DNA of 64,000 bases from positions 86,490,001-86,554,000 of the forward strand of contig NC_042997.1 in assembly GCF_006345805.1 (NCBI RefSeq), written 5' to 3'. The first letter of the stretch is position 1; each line of letters opens with the position of its first letter. The stretch is from Octopus sinensis (lineage: Eukaryota). This document shows, piece by piece, positions 52,801 to 64,000 of this stretch. The notes under the pieces were generated by a model, which made no database searches, was not told where the DNA came from, and worked only from the letters and a program-made list of their open reading frames with translations. The translations under genes were made by a program, and so were the position numbers.

Positions 52801-54289
52801 ATTACCATAAAAACCCTTGTAATTTATGCACTTTTTTTCTCAAAAATAAAAATAAACTTTAGTGAGTACATAAATTACATGAGTAGATTGGTTCCAGAGT
52901 TATTTTGATTTTTTTTTTGTTGAGAAAGAAGTACGAAACATAAACATTCATACCAGAAGTTGACTCATTCAATGTCAGAATAGGTTTTTTCAGAAAAAAT
53001 TGTGGCTTAAATAAAATGAAGTTGACTTTTATTTATGCTGGATGGTATAATGCTTACTTTCTCTGTATAAATTTACTAAAACCGTTAAATGGTTAGCTTC
53101 TTTTTGAAGTCTGACATTTGTGCTGGTAAACATGATCTTGGTCATATTTTACATTGCTTGCAGTTTCTATCTATTGCAATGGAGCACCATTAACATACAT
53201 AGTGATATGGATATTCCTCACTGAAAAAAATGTAATGATATGGATAATCATGATTGTATGTTTTAATTTTTGTCTGTTTATTACTAGGCACAGTTTTAAG
53301 TTTGTCGTACTGTTTACACCAATTTCAAACATTGGCTTCATTAACATTAAAATACTTTCCGGTAGCTTTATTGTCATGTTCAAATGCGTATTCAACATAT
53401 TCAATTTCTTCTTGGCAGTAAATGATTAATAAGTTCTGCCCATACTGACAATAATGATAATGACAAATTTTTGAGTTTGCTTAACATTTTATAAGTGTGA
53501 AAGGAATTAAAATTTTGATACTCCGTATCAAAGGTTCCCACAAGAATAGGTGGGAAAGAATTCTGTTTACATAATCAGTTTGATTGGTCACCTTCCTCTG
53601 TCAGTTGAGTAAAGTGTCATCCAAGCTGATGTTTATTGGTAACTAAACTTAATTTGCAACACCTGTGCATATTTATCAGCTTTGTTTTTGTTGGTAATGC
53701 TTATCAACAACTTTTCCTGTGATTGTGATTTGAGAAGACATACAGCAATATGCTAAAGATCGGACATAATCTCTTGTGGGCAAGAAATGTAAATAAAGTT
53801 CATTATAAACAACACTAACATTTTGTAATTTAATAGCTTTCAATGTGATACCTGTTAAACAGAAATTATTTTTCTTTATTGAAAATTTAATAAAATCTAA
53901 TCATAAGTGAGTGAAATTATGCTAAATACAACTAAATTGAAAATCTATTTCTCCTGACTATATTGGCAATTCAGAAAACTTTTGGGTGTGGATTTTACAT
54001 AAGTAGAAGCCAAAGTCGATTTAGCCTTTCATCCTTTCAGAGTCGATAAATTAAGTACCAGTTGTGTACTGGGGTTGATCTACTCAACCAGACCCTCCCC
54101 TAAATTTTAGGCCTTGTGCCTAGAATAGAAAAGAAAATAAGTACCAGTTGAACACTGGGGTTGATGTAATTAACTTACTCCCTCACCTAAAATTACTGAC
54201 CTTGTGCCAAAATTTGAAACTAATATTAATTATGTGGTGAGCTGGTAGAATTGTTAGCATGCTGGACAAAATGCTCTCTATCCTTTAAT

Positions 54290-56818
54290 AAGTACATTTA
54301 GCACAAATTCTGTCAGACAACATGAGTATAAACAAATGTATTGAAACATATCTGGAAATCAATTAGTTTAATTATCTAGAGCTTCTAAATATACGATGTT
54401 TTGAGTGTGTCCTTTAATTGGTGAATCACTGAAAAGATTTTGGGGACTTCCAACTCATAAACATCCTACATATAATTGCCCACGAGAGAAGCAAAGTGAA
54501 GTCCAACAACCTTGAGAGACTATCTTTGAAATTTATTGACATAGTGAAGCTTAGTGTCACTGGGAACTAGAACCATTTAGATTCAAAGGGGAGGTCATAT
54601 GGGATTAATGGGATCCATGGAATGAAGACATCCTTAACCTTATAGTTCCCAGTCGTAATTGTTGCCTCTAGGACATGGGGTCGCATTGCTTTCACCACCA
54701 GTCTGGGGCCATTGCACAGACGAGGTGGATCTAGATTCCTGAGCAGTATGATTGGGGGCCCCCTTTTTAAGTGTTAAGTGGTGAGGTGGCTTCCCAGTTG
54801 GCTGTAGAGAGTTCAGGAGCTCAGTTGGCAAAACTACAGCCTGGTCTTGATCAATGACAGTGTCAAAGGATTTGAAAGTCTGTTCTTATCCTGGCAACAG
54901 CTGCAAGAGATTCCAATTGATTTTGTCGATAGCATCATTACGTGGAACTAATATGACTCACTCACAGAGCCATTGACTGTTGCTAAAGTTTTCCACAATG
55001 TTTGGGAGCAAATGCGTTATGATATCATTGACAGTTCGTACCATCTCACCACAGGGTAGCTGGTGTTGCTGCATTTCATTGACATGCAGAAGTTGCCCAT
55101 TCCCTATCTTCAGAAGCTGGCAGCTTGGCAGTTTGTTGACCAAATAATTGGGCTCTCATGTTAACTGTCAGGTGCAGTTTAGTCACTTGCCTTCACAGTT
55201 AGGATTACTTGAGACAGGCCTTTAGTTCATCTACTTTTGTACCTTTTGGGATCACAGGAAGGGTTTGTCTGAAATCCCCAGCCAAAACTACAGTGACCCC
55301 ACCCATGAGAATGTCCCTCCCTCTCAAATCTCTTAGGCTACGGTCAACAGCCTCAAGTGTTCCACGATGAGACATGGTGCATTCATCCCAGACAATCAAG
55401 TGCATCTGCTGCAAGACCTTGGCCTTTGTTGATGTCTTAGAAATGTTGCAAATTGGAGTCTGCGTCCTAAATTCAAGGGAATCTTGAAAGTAGAATGAGC
55501 TGTTCATTCACCTGTCGAGAGAGTAGTTGCTATTCCAGAAGACGCTACTGTCAAAGCAATACACCCATCTATACGGGCTTTTGCTAACAAAAGGTTAATC
55601 ATAAACATCTTGTCAGTACCCACCAGGAGCATCCAAAAAGAACAGGCCACTCTTTTCCTCCTGAGTCATTGGAATGATGCAATTGTAAGCTGTCCGTTGT
55701 TCAGTCAAAAGCTATGGCTCATTCTCTGTCACATACTCATAGAGATTATTCATGTTATAGGATGTCTCCCTTAAAATTTCCTGGTCTTTTCTGGGCTGTT
55801 CCCTTATTGGATCTGGCAAGCCATACTCTTGCAAAGGTTTTCCTCCAAGCTGAAAAAAACTTTGTCTTCAAGAAGAAGTAGAACCTCATTCTTGATAGTC
55901 TCAGTCAGCTGGATTCCAAGATCTTCATTTTGCTCCTGCAATCTGTACACCAATGTCTTCACAGAAGGATTCCCGATAATTCTCCCGCAGCTGGTGAGGG
56001 CTAGAAATGCCGCAAGCCTGAAGCATAATGGCGAAGGGATTTCGCATCTGAAATACAGAACAGGAAACAACTGCCTCGTCCAGAATCACATTCCAATGAC
56101 TGTTTTCTCCCACACGCTCTTACGTAACTATATACCTTACACAAAAAGAAAGCTGGAAAAGAATATAAAAAAATGAAAGTAGAAATTCTTTTTTATCTGA
56201 AATCATCACAACTGTAATGATATATGCATACGTGTGTGTGTGTGTGTGTGTGTGTAAATAGCTGGTTACTTAGTTACTACATTAACACTGACAAAGTGAA
56301 AGTGTTAATAAGTCGAGTTGTGCCAAGAATAATCACATGGGATTTAAATGTGAAATATCAAGTGTTAATAAGGCGACTTGTTCCAAAAATGTCCAAAATA
56401 TGTATTGAAAAATCAATTAATTCATTCAATTAATTGAGAAAAAGGTATTTATCTCCTTATGAAATTTTTTTGTCATATGAAAGTAACTTTAGAAATTTTT
56501 TGTATCAGAAATCATCACAACTGTAATTATGGTTACTTAGTTACTACACAAGAACACCAAGTACAGGAAGTTGAAACTTAGTTACTACGTCAGGACACCA
56601 AACACAGGAAGTTGACATTGACAGAACAATTTTAAGACGTAAATCTTTATATATAAAACAATATTATTTATTTTCAATAAAAAAGATAAATCAAGACCAT
56701 ATTATTCTTTCCAAGGTCAAATTATTCATGTGCCCCAAGTATGGTACAGATTGATCCAGAGATTTGAGTGTGCATAGAGGACACACACACAGACAACATA
56801 TTTTATATATATAGAAGA
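54290..56818 (-). mobile_element. Helitron remnant: 5' terminus plus disrupted PIF1-type helicase
   Basis: Minus start A|TCTTCTATATATATAAAATATG..GTGTGTGTCC at 56818. Helicase motifs FFLDAPGG, IVWDECTM, VVLAGDFRQTLPVIPKG, PTELLNSL, PPHHLTLKKGAP, IPLIP.DLPF, FPV.LSF.MSIN, NIVYLEAL, with many stops and frameshifts. The 3' end is approximate. Confidence 0.88.
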
Positions 56819-56933
56819 TATGTATGTGTGTATGTATGTATATGTGTGTGTATGTATATGTATACATAAGTATATGTATGTATATACATACATATATATA
56901 TATATATATACATATATGCATATATACATATAT

Positions 56934-56976
<43 letters not shown>

Positions 56977-57135
56977 TATATATATCTATGTATGTATATA
57001 TATTGGTATGTATGTATTTTAAAAGGTTGTAATGCAAATTTGTCCTTTAATTGGAGTAATTTCCAAAAAAAATTCTAATGTTCCTTCATACTTTACTTTG
57101 AATATACTGGCGCAAATTAGTGTAGTATGAAAAGT

Positions 57136-57401
57136 TATATAGATATATTAAGTATATGATTTAACTTAACAAACAGAGTTCCACAAATTCATTCATATTT
57201 TACATCAATGGAGGAGACTGAATGTTAATATAGATGATAATTTTATTATTCATGTAGCTATATGATCGTTTCATAGAGAAAGGCAATAAATTCATTTTAA
57301 GAATCTGAGTTTTCAAATATAACATCTAATCTCCATTGACGTAAAATATGAATGAATTTGTTGAACTCTGTTTAATAAGTTAAATCATGTACTTAATATT
57401 A

Positions 57402-57408
<7 letters not shown>
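57136..57408. mobile_element. AT-rich MITE with ~80 bp TIRs
   Basis: atagatatattaagtatatgatttaactt..aaacagagttccacaaattcattcatattttacatcaatggag mirrored from ctccattgacgtaaaatatgaatgaatttg to atctatat. Confidence 0.75.
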
Positions 57409-57445
<37 letters not shown>

Positions 57446-58185
57446 CATACACACACATATATATATATAAAGAAGGGTTTATAAGAATTGCGTGAGAGCT
57501 ACAATGCTCTATGGGAGAGAGAGATGACAATTTTGAGAAGGACCAAGAAAGAGCAATGGTGAGAGAAATGTGTGGAGTGAAGCTGTTCGGCAATGGTGTT
57601 GTCAAGATATTGCTTTGCAGCAGTCTTGAATTGAAGAACTGTGAAGGCACAACTATAAGGTAGGACATTTGTTTTTTAGGGGGTGGGGGTTTGTTGTTTG
57701 TTGTCCATTTTTTTTTCGAACAAGAAATCCCCACTGGATTCAGGGACATTGTCTGCCTATAGTTGTGCCAAGTGTCTCACTTAGTTTTGAGAAGAGTGCT
57801 GTTTGGGGGACGTATCATGCCTCCAAAAATTGTGAAATTTTTGTGAAAAAATTTTCTGAATTTTTTACCAATTTGTGGTGGATATTTTTTGAAGCTGTGC
57901 CCCTGTTCACTTTTGGAGTACCTTTTGGCCAGGAGTACCGGTTGGCCGGAATTGTGTGTTGCCATGTTTTGAACTGTCTTCCTTCTTTTTTTTTTTCTCT
58001 TCTTTGTCTTTCTGCTCGTCTTTGTCTTCCTTTGAACTGTTTTTTGACTTTGTTTGGACTTTTGTTGTTTTTTTTAACTGTTTCCTGAACTTTTTCTTCA
58101 AAGCATGGTGAAGAAATTGAACACTGTGTTAGAGTGGGAAATCATCCCACCCAAGCAATGACTAAAAAACTTAGAGAAAAGAACA

Positions 58186-58488
58186 GTGGTGTTGAGGACT
58201 TATTCTAAGTCACTTGACACCATCGCTGTGTTTCCTAAGACAGATATAGAAAAAGAGTCAGCAGAGTATCTGCCAACCATTAAGTTTATTTCCATGGGTG
58301 TTAAATATGCAACGATGTGGTTGCTATTTGACACTCCTGAGGTGGCTCGCAAATTTGCAAGCCAGCTTGTAGAAGGGCAAGAGATTCTATTTCTTCCCAC
58401 ATATTGTGGGAAGAAATTAATAAGAGCTTGGATCTGCGGGCTGCCAACAGACATTGAACTGGAATGGCTAGAGGACACTATCTGTTAA
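58186..58488 (+). mobile_element. Possible L1/Tx1-type ORF1 fragment
   Basis: LLFDTPEVARKFASQL..ILFLPTYCGKKLIRAWICGLPTDIELEWL looks like an RRM-type LINE ORF1; recognised by pattern only. Confidence 0.4.
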
Positions 58489-58999
58489 AGATCTGGTATT
58501 TCCAGAATTTTTGAAAATGGCTGGTTGCAGGTACCCAGTGATACTTGAGGGATGCCCCCACCCCAAGTGTCACCTGAAATATAACTACATTGCTTTGGCA
58601 AAATTGAAAAAAGTTGGTTGCCTTAATTTTGGGACACCCTGTATATATATGTGTGTGTGGGAGTGTAGTCAGAGATTGAAAATGTGAGCATAATCCAAGT
58701 TTTCTTTTTTTCTATTACTGGCTCTTTTCACTCTTTTTTTTTCTTCTTTCCTCTCTCCTTTGTCTCTCCCTGAATTTTCCTCTACTACTTATTTTACTAA
58801 CCTGGAAAGGGTGAAAGGCAAAGTCTATAAGCTTATCTACCTTGGTGATATTTGAACTCAGAAAAAATACTACTAATCATTTCACCCGATACTCTAATGA
58901 ATCTGTCAGCTTACTGGCCTAATAATAGTAAAGATAGTTTCAAATTTTGGCATTGAAATAAGCTGTGGAAAGACATACCTCACAAACACAGCCTATACA

Positions 59000-59490
59000 C
59001 ATTCACCATCCAGAAATCATTGCAGGTGGTGCAACCTTAGCACATCAGAAGCCACAACTGGCCTAAGCTGCCATGTAGAGGGTGCTGACAGCAGACTGAC
59101 CATCTGACCATTGGAATGTATCCCTTCCACAAGAAAATAAATAAAACACTCCAGCCTGATCAAGCAGTGACTAGGACAGGGTACAACAGTCAGGCAACAA
59201 ATGGTGATATAGGCATTCACCAAATCTGCCAGGCCTTTCAGGGGCAGCTTTCTCTCTGCCCATTTCTCTGACTGGCCACCCTGTTCAGCACTTTGCCCCA
59301 GTTCTTATCCACCCAGAGGTCAGGACTGAACCAGACCCTGAGCAGTTTAACTGGTCCATTACTTCAGTGTAACAATGCCATCTGATGGTATTGGCCTGCC
59401 TCTCCAGCCACAAGCCAACTGACTTGTCAGCATTGATCTTTGCTCCTGCAATTCACTCATATTACAATGGTGCTGACCATCTCCACTTCA
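59000..59490 (-). mobile_element. L1/Tx1-type RT C-terminal remnant
   Basis: Minus strand reads approximately GAKINADKSVGL.L...GPVKLLRVWFSPDLWVDKNWGKVLNRVA...VNAYITICCLTVVPCP, with stops. Confidence 0.65.
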
Positions 59491-60329
59491 GAGGCATACA
59501 TCAACAATAAAAACAACAACAACATCAACAACAGCAATATCAACTTCAACAACAGCAATGATAACAACATGGAATCTCACAAAAACCTACAATAACCAAA
59601 ACTAAAACTGTTAAAAGAAAATAATTTAAGCCCTACATAATAATATTAATAATAATAATGTAACTTATATGTGGGCACTTAAACTAATACACATGTTTAT
59701 TTAATATTCAACTTATTAAACATGCTGTTGGAATTTCCAAAATACAGGTATTGTGAAAGCATCATAGCTCAGGTAACCAGTTGGTATTTCCATGAAATTT
59801 GCCTTTGATCAAGAAGAGGGTCGGAGAGTAAAAGAGAGGAAAAAGAGAAATGGAGATACTGTTAATTATATTATTAAGCATATTGTACACTTAACATATA
59901 TTATATCTAATAACATATATCATGATAATCTTGTACTGTAAAAAAGAAGTGGATTGCGTTTGTCTGTTCATCATAATATCAATGAGAGGAAGGGAAAGAA
60001 GAGGAGGAATCAAAATATACACCACAATGTATTTTTAGAAGGGGAGGAGAAAAGTTGTTGTTGAAAGTAAAAGAGAAATGCAAAGAAAGAGAGAGAGAGA
60101 GTGTGTGTGTGTGATAGATAGATAAATAGATAGATATGTTGGTAGTTAGGTAGTATTGTCACCATAGTAATTAACAAGTTTTGATTTAAAAAAGGAACTT
60201 CGAACTGCAAGTTTGTGAATACAACACAGCACACTTAAAAAAAGAGACTATATGTGTGTGTGTATATATATGTAAGTTATCTATTGTAATGTGATATAAT
60301 AGTTTCGTTTTAATACTTTCACTTTTAAA

Positions 60330-61200
60330 ACTTTCACTATGTATATATGTGTATATATATATATATATAACAATTTAATAAATAAAAAATATGCATACAT
60401 ACATACATATATGTACATACCTACATCTATATGTATATATACATGCATATATGAGTACAGGACACCACAAATAAACGTAGAACACAACGAGAAACGAAAA
60501 CATAGAAACAAAACAAGGAAATGGACTTTTAACAACGAAAAAACAGAGTACAAGATAAACAACAGAGGGAATATTCCCCTTCTTCAGCTGCCCCTGTTTC
60601 GATAGGTAAGTATATATGTATTTGTGTATGTATATATGTGTGTGTGTATGTATATATGTGTATATATATATATTTCCTAAAGACAAGACGTGATTTTTGC
60701 CTGTCTCTTCTCAAAGCTCGTTTCTCCAGCATTCACCACTTCACCATGTTATGGCTCAACAGCCCTCACCATTTATTTTTACTGTTTTGTTCTTACTGTC
60801 CTGTTTTTGTTACCACTTTAACCATCTGCAAAAAATCCCAAATTTTATTTAATTTGCTTTGCGGGAAGGACTGTTTTAATGAAGTCATGTCTTGTCCCTA
60901 ACTTCAAAACGCAGAGTAGATAAAACAAGGGACAACTGATGAAGGGAATGTTCTTTATGTTGCCTGTCTCATTTCTCTATTTGTTTCTTTTGTTGTTCAA
61001 AAAAAGTGTTTTCCATGTTTTCGTTTTTTATGTTCTCGTTTCTCATTTTGTTCATGTTTTTTTTGACGTCCTGTACCCATATATGCATGTATATATACAT
61101 ATGCATGTAGGCATGTACATATGTATGTGTATATATACATATATATATAAATATATATATATATTATTTATATATATATATATATTATTTATATTATTAT
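60330..61200. repeat. Inverted pair of a microsatellite-linked repeat, possibly Penelope-like ends
   Basis: About 60400-60600 (gtacaggacaccacaaataaacgtagaacacaacgagaaacgaaaac...) is the reverse complement of about 60935-61130 (...gttttcgttttttatgttctcgtttc...gtcctgtaccc). Confidence 0.6.
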
Positions 61201-61470
61201 TATAATTATTATTTTATATGTGTGTGTGTGTGTGTGTGTAGCAAGATATAAGAAGTTATGCAACCATTTAAGGAATAGATGTATCCGTAGGCACTCCTGG
61301 TGTATTACCTCACTATGTATACTCCTAGTTATAAGGTATACAGTAGTAGGTAATTTAAAGTTAAAACCATGCCTTAATATATAGAGAGAAGATAAGAAAT
61401 GGAGTAATAATTAACAATGAGAATTGGAGCATTGGTGTTAAGAAGTCATTGTTAAATATATGTATATATA

Positions 61471-61584
61471 TATAAGAATTTTTTGCATAATGAGATAAAA
61501 AAAAAAACCAAGGCTGTATAAATATTAGAGCATTTATTTATACAGCCTTGGTTTTTTGTTTCATTACGCAAAAAATTCTTATAT
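61471..61584. repeat. Short palindrome/MITE
   Basis: aagaattttttgcataatgag..aaaaccaaggctgtataa / ttatacagccttggtttt..tcattacgcaaaaaattctt. Confidence 0.75.
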
Positions 61585-61719
61585 ACACACCCTGATATAG
61601 AACCAACGTTGAAACATTTATTCGCAATATTACCGAATCTGGAACTTCACTATGGTCTGTCTATAGCACTTATTCAGCATTACCTAACACCTTTGCGTCT
61701 CAATGACACCATTATCTCT

Positions 61720-61750
<31 letters not shown>

Positions 61751-61904
61751 TTACATATAGATATATACACACACATATATATATACATAGATATGTATAC
61801 ATATATACTGATATAAACACATATTTATACATATATATATATATGCATTCCTATGTACACATATGTACATATAGACAGACACACACACACACACACACAC
61901 ATGC

Positions 61905-62385
61905 ATGGATGGCAAACAAAAGTATGGAGTGGAGTGAAAGCATTTGAAGAAGCCAGGATAACGCATGCAAAACTCGAGAGATTTAAGGAAGAATGTTATG
62001 ATCGAGAAGGTGAATCACAATGACCTTTTTGCGTGCACAGTTTGTGACAGACCATGCTTTTGTTTTGCTGGGCTCAAATCTCATTTGCAAACCCATGGAA
62101 AATGAACCTCCATCAATTATTCTGCCTATATATCTGTGCACACCTTTCCATGCAATGTATGCCATAAGGTCTACAAATCTAACGGAGGCCTCAAAAGACA
62201 TTTTAAGATTCACAAAGATCAGAACTTATCTGCAGCTCTTGGTGGTCCAAATCAGATATATAATCTATGTGGGCGTCCTTTCAAAACACTGTCTGGTTTA
62301 AAAAGCCATATCAGATGCCATGATAGTTTTAAGGTGTCGTCACTGGAGGTGGTCAAATTCTGCTTAAGGAGTAGACAACCACCAT
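61905..62385 (+). mobile_element. RTE-type LINE 3' end with three C2H2 zinc fingers, pseudogenised
   Basis: WQTKVWSGVKAFEEAR (frameshift) LRK...CTVCDRPCFCFAGLKSHLQTH GK* ...CNVCHKVYKSNGGLKRHFKIH...YNLCGRPFKTLSGLKSHIRCH. Confidence 0.7.
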
Positions 62386-62574
62386 ATATGTGTGTGTGTA
62401 TATATATATATATGTGTGTGTGTGTATGTATATATATATGTGTATATATATGTATATATATGTGTGCATATATATATGTATGTATACATACATATATATA
62501 TGTGTGTACATATATATATGTATGTATACATACATATATATATGTGTGTGCATATATATATATATGTGTGTACA

Positions 62575-62705
62575 TCCAGCTGTAGAAACATTGCCAGATA
62601 AGACCGGAGCCTGGTGCAGCCTTCTGGCTTCCCAGATCCCCGGTCGAACCGTGCAACCCATGCTAGCATGGAGAACGGACGTTAAACGATGATGATGATG
62701 ATGAT
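62575..62705 (+). repeat. Young RTE/SINE tail ending (GAT)n, after a compound TA/TG microsatellite
   Basis: ccagctgtagaaacattgcc...gctagcatggagaacggacgttaaacgatgatgatg. Confidence 0.85.
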
Positions 62706-63187
62706 ATATATATATATATATATAATATAATATAAATTAGAGATAAAACCACTATTATGCAACTCAAACAATGATAGGCATAAACCAAAACATAAATAAC
62801 AAATAATATATATTTTTAATAAAACATACAACTTATAACTAGAGTATAAAATGAATGATCAATATATAATATAACAAGTAAAAAAAACTATGTACGTTTC
62901 ATGGCTATAATTAAATTGAAATAAATTCGATTTAAAATTATAGTCAATCTTCAGGTTAATGATAATAGTTAAATATAAGCAAATAGAGTTAAACGATATT
63001 TATTTGAAAAATAAATAAAATAGTAATTTTTCTTATTGAAGAAAAAAACTCCACTGACTAAATTAGAAACTTAAAACATTAGGATTATTTCCTACAACAC
63101 ATTTATTATGTTAAATATTTAATTTTAATGTAAAAAAATAGATAGAAATATGTATTTATCTTTGAAGATATAATTTGGCTTTAAAAA

Positions 63188-63376
63188 TACAGACAAGTTT
63201 GCCACACCTTTTTGGACACTCAAAGCATAAAAGAATAAAATACTAGAACGAATACCATGAGATAATTTGTCTAAAATTCTAACAAGATTTTAGACAAAAT
63301 ATCTCATGGTATTCATTCTAATATTTTATTCTTTTATGCTTTGAGTGTCCAAAAAGGTGTGGCAAACTTGTCTGTA
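63188..63376. mobile_element. Near-perfect foldback MITE (TA|CAG...CTG|TA)
   Basis: About 90 bp arms cagacaagtttgccacacctttttggacactcaaagcataaaagaataaaata... and the mirror ...tattttattcttttatgctttgagtgtccaaaaaggtgtggcaaacttgtctg; short loop. Confidence 0.85.
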
Positions 63377-63454
63377 TCTGACAAGATGGCATCTTGAAAG
63401 GAGGCAACAGAAAATCACACCTGAATTTCTTTTTGCTTTGTCTTTTACTTGTTT

Positions 63455-63680
63455 CAGTCATTAGACTGTAGCCATGCTGGGGCACTACATGAAAGATTCA
63501 GTTTCTTTTGACGAGCTGCTAAGTAGTAGGGATATAAACAAACCCATATGGTTGTTAGTGAAGGGGGGACAAACACAAATATACACAACAAACACCCAAA
63601 ACAGGCTTCTACACAGTTTCCATTGACCAAATTCACTTATGTGTTGGTTGGGGGTTAAAGTAGAAAACACATGGCTGCAA
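63455..63680 (-). repeat. Old SINE, reverse orientation
   Basis: gtttcagtcattagactgtagccatgctggggcac...caggcttctacacagtttccattgaccaaattcact. Confidence 0.7.
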
Positions 63681-64000
63681 AGTTAGCTTCTTAACCAAAC
63701 AGCTATGCCTATGCCTGCATGAATAGTCATACCAGTGTCTATACAATTATACCTGCCCACAAAAATTGTATGATAATTACATAGTATTTATCAAGGAAAT
63801 CATCAGAGGATCATTTGTTGATATAATAATGCAGAAAGAAAACACATGCCTAAATTGCTGCACAGTGGGATTGAAGCAATAACCATATGATTGAGAAGTC
63901 AACTTCTTAAAAGGTAGTCATATTTCAATTTATTTAAGTTATAATTTCAGTATTTAAGAAAAAAAAAAAAAAAAACATTTTAAATGCTGAAGTATCTTTT

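Noticed and set aside
55205-55507. Host PIF1 helicase gene
   Set aside because: Intronless, many stops and frameshifts, and a Helitron terminus upstream
56691-57078. Four overlapping 70-103 aa ORFs
   Set aside because: Compound TA/TG/CA microsatellite lacking stops
62252-62692. Several 69-134 aa ORFs on both strands
   Set aside because: Microsatellite plus LINE tail; only the zinc-finger part upstream is informative

Overview
AT-rich animal genomic DNA, most consistent with an octopus (coleoid cephalopod); this is inferred from the SINE, LINE-tail and microsatellite families, not from a database search. One host gene can be reconstructed with confidence: a minus-strand GABARAPL2/GATE-16-type ATG8 gene with four coding exons (41786-41753, 16470-16415, 14498-14326, 12777-12657; 34+56+173+121 nt = 127 aa). 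It has canonical GT-AG sites, a 25.3 kb first intron and an 11-residue tail after Gly116. None of these exons appears correctly in the ORF track. The rest is mostly transposon debris: two mariners, an IR/DR-type Tc1, piggyBac-like, hAT and Tc1 MITEs, RTE and L1/Tx1 LINE remnants, a Helitron PIF1-helicase remnant, Penelope-like pieces and many tRNA-derived SINEs. The best leads are: a candidate alternative first exon giving an in-frame 39-aa N-terminus; a C-terminal class I PDZ-like motif on the pro-peptide; a pre-miRNA-sized hairpin in intron 1; a decayed hammerhead-ribozyme motif in the sense intron; many inverted repeats able to form dsRNA; and an RTE LINE tail with three C2H2 fingers.
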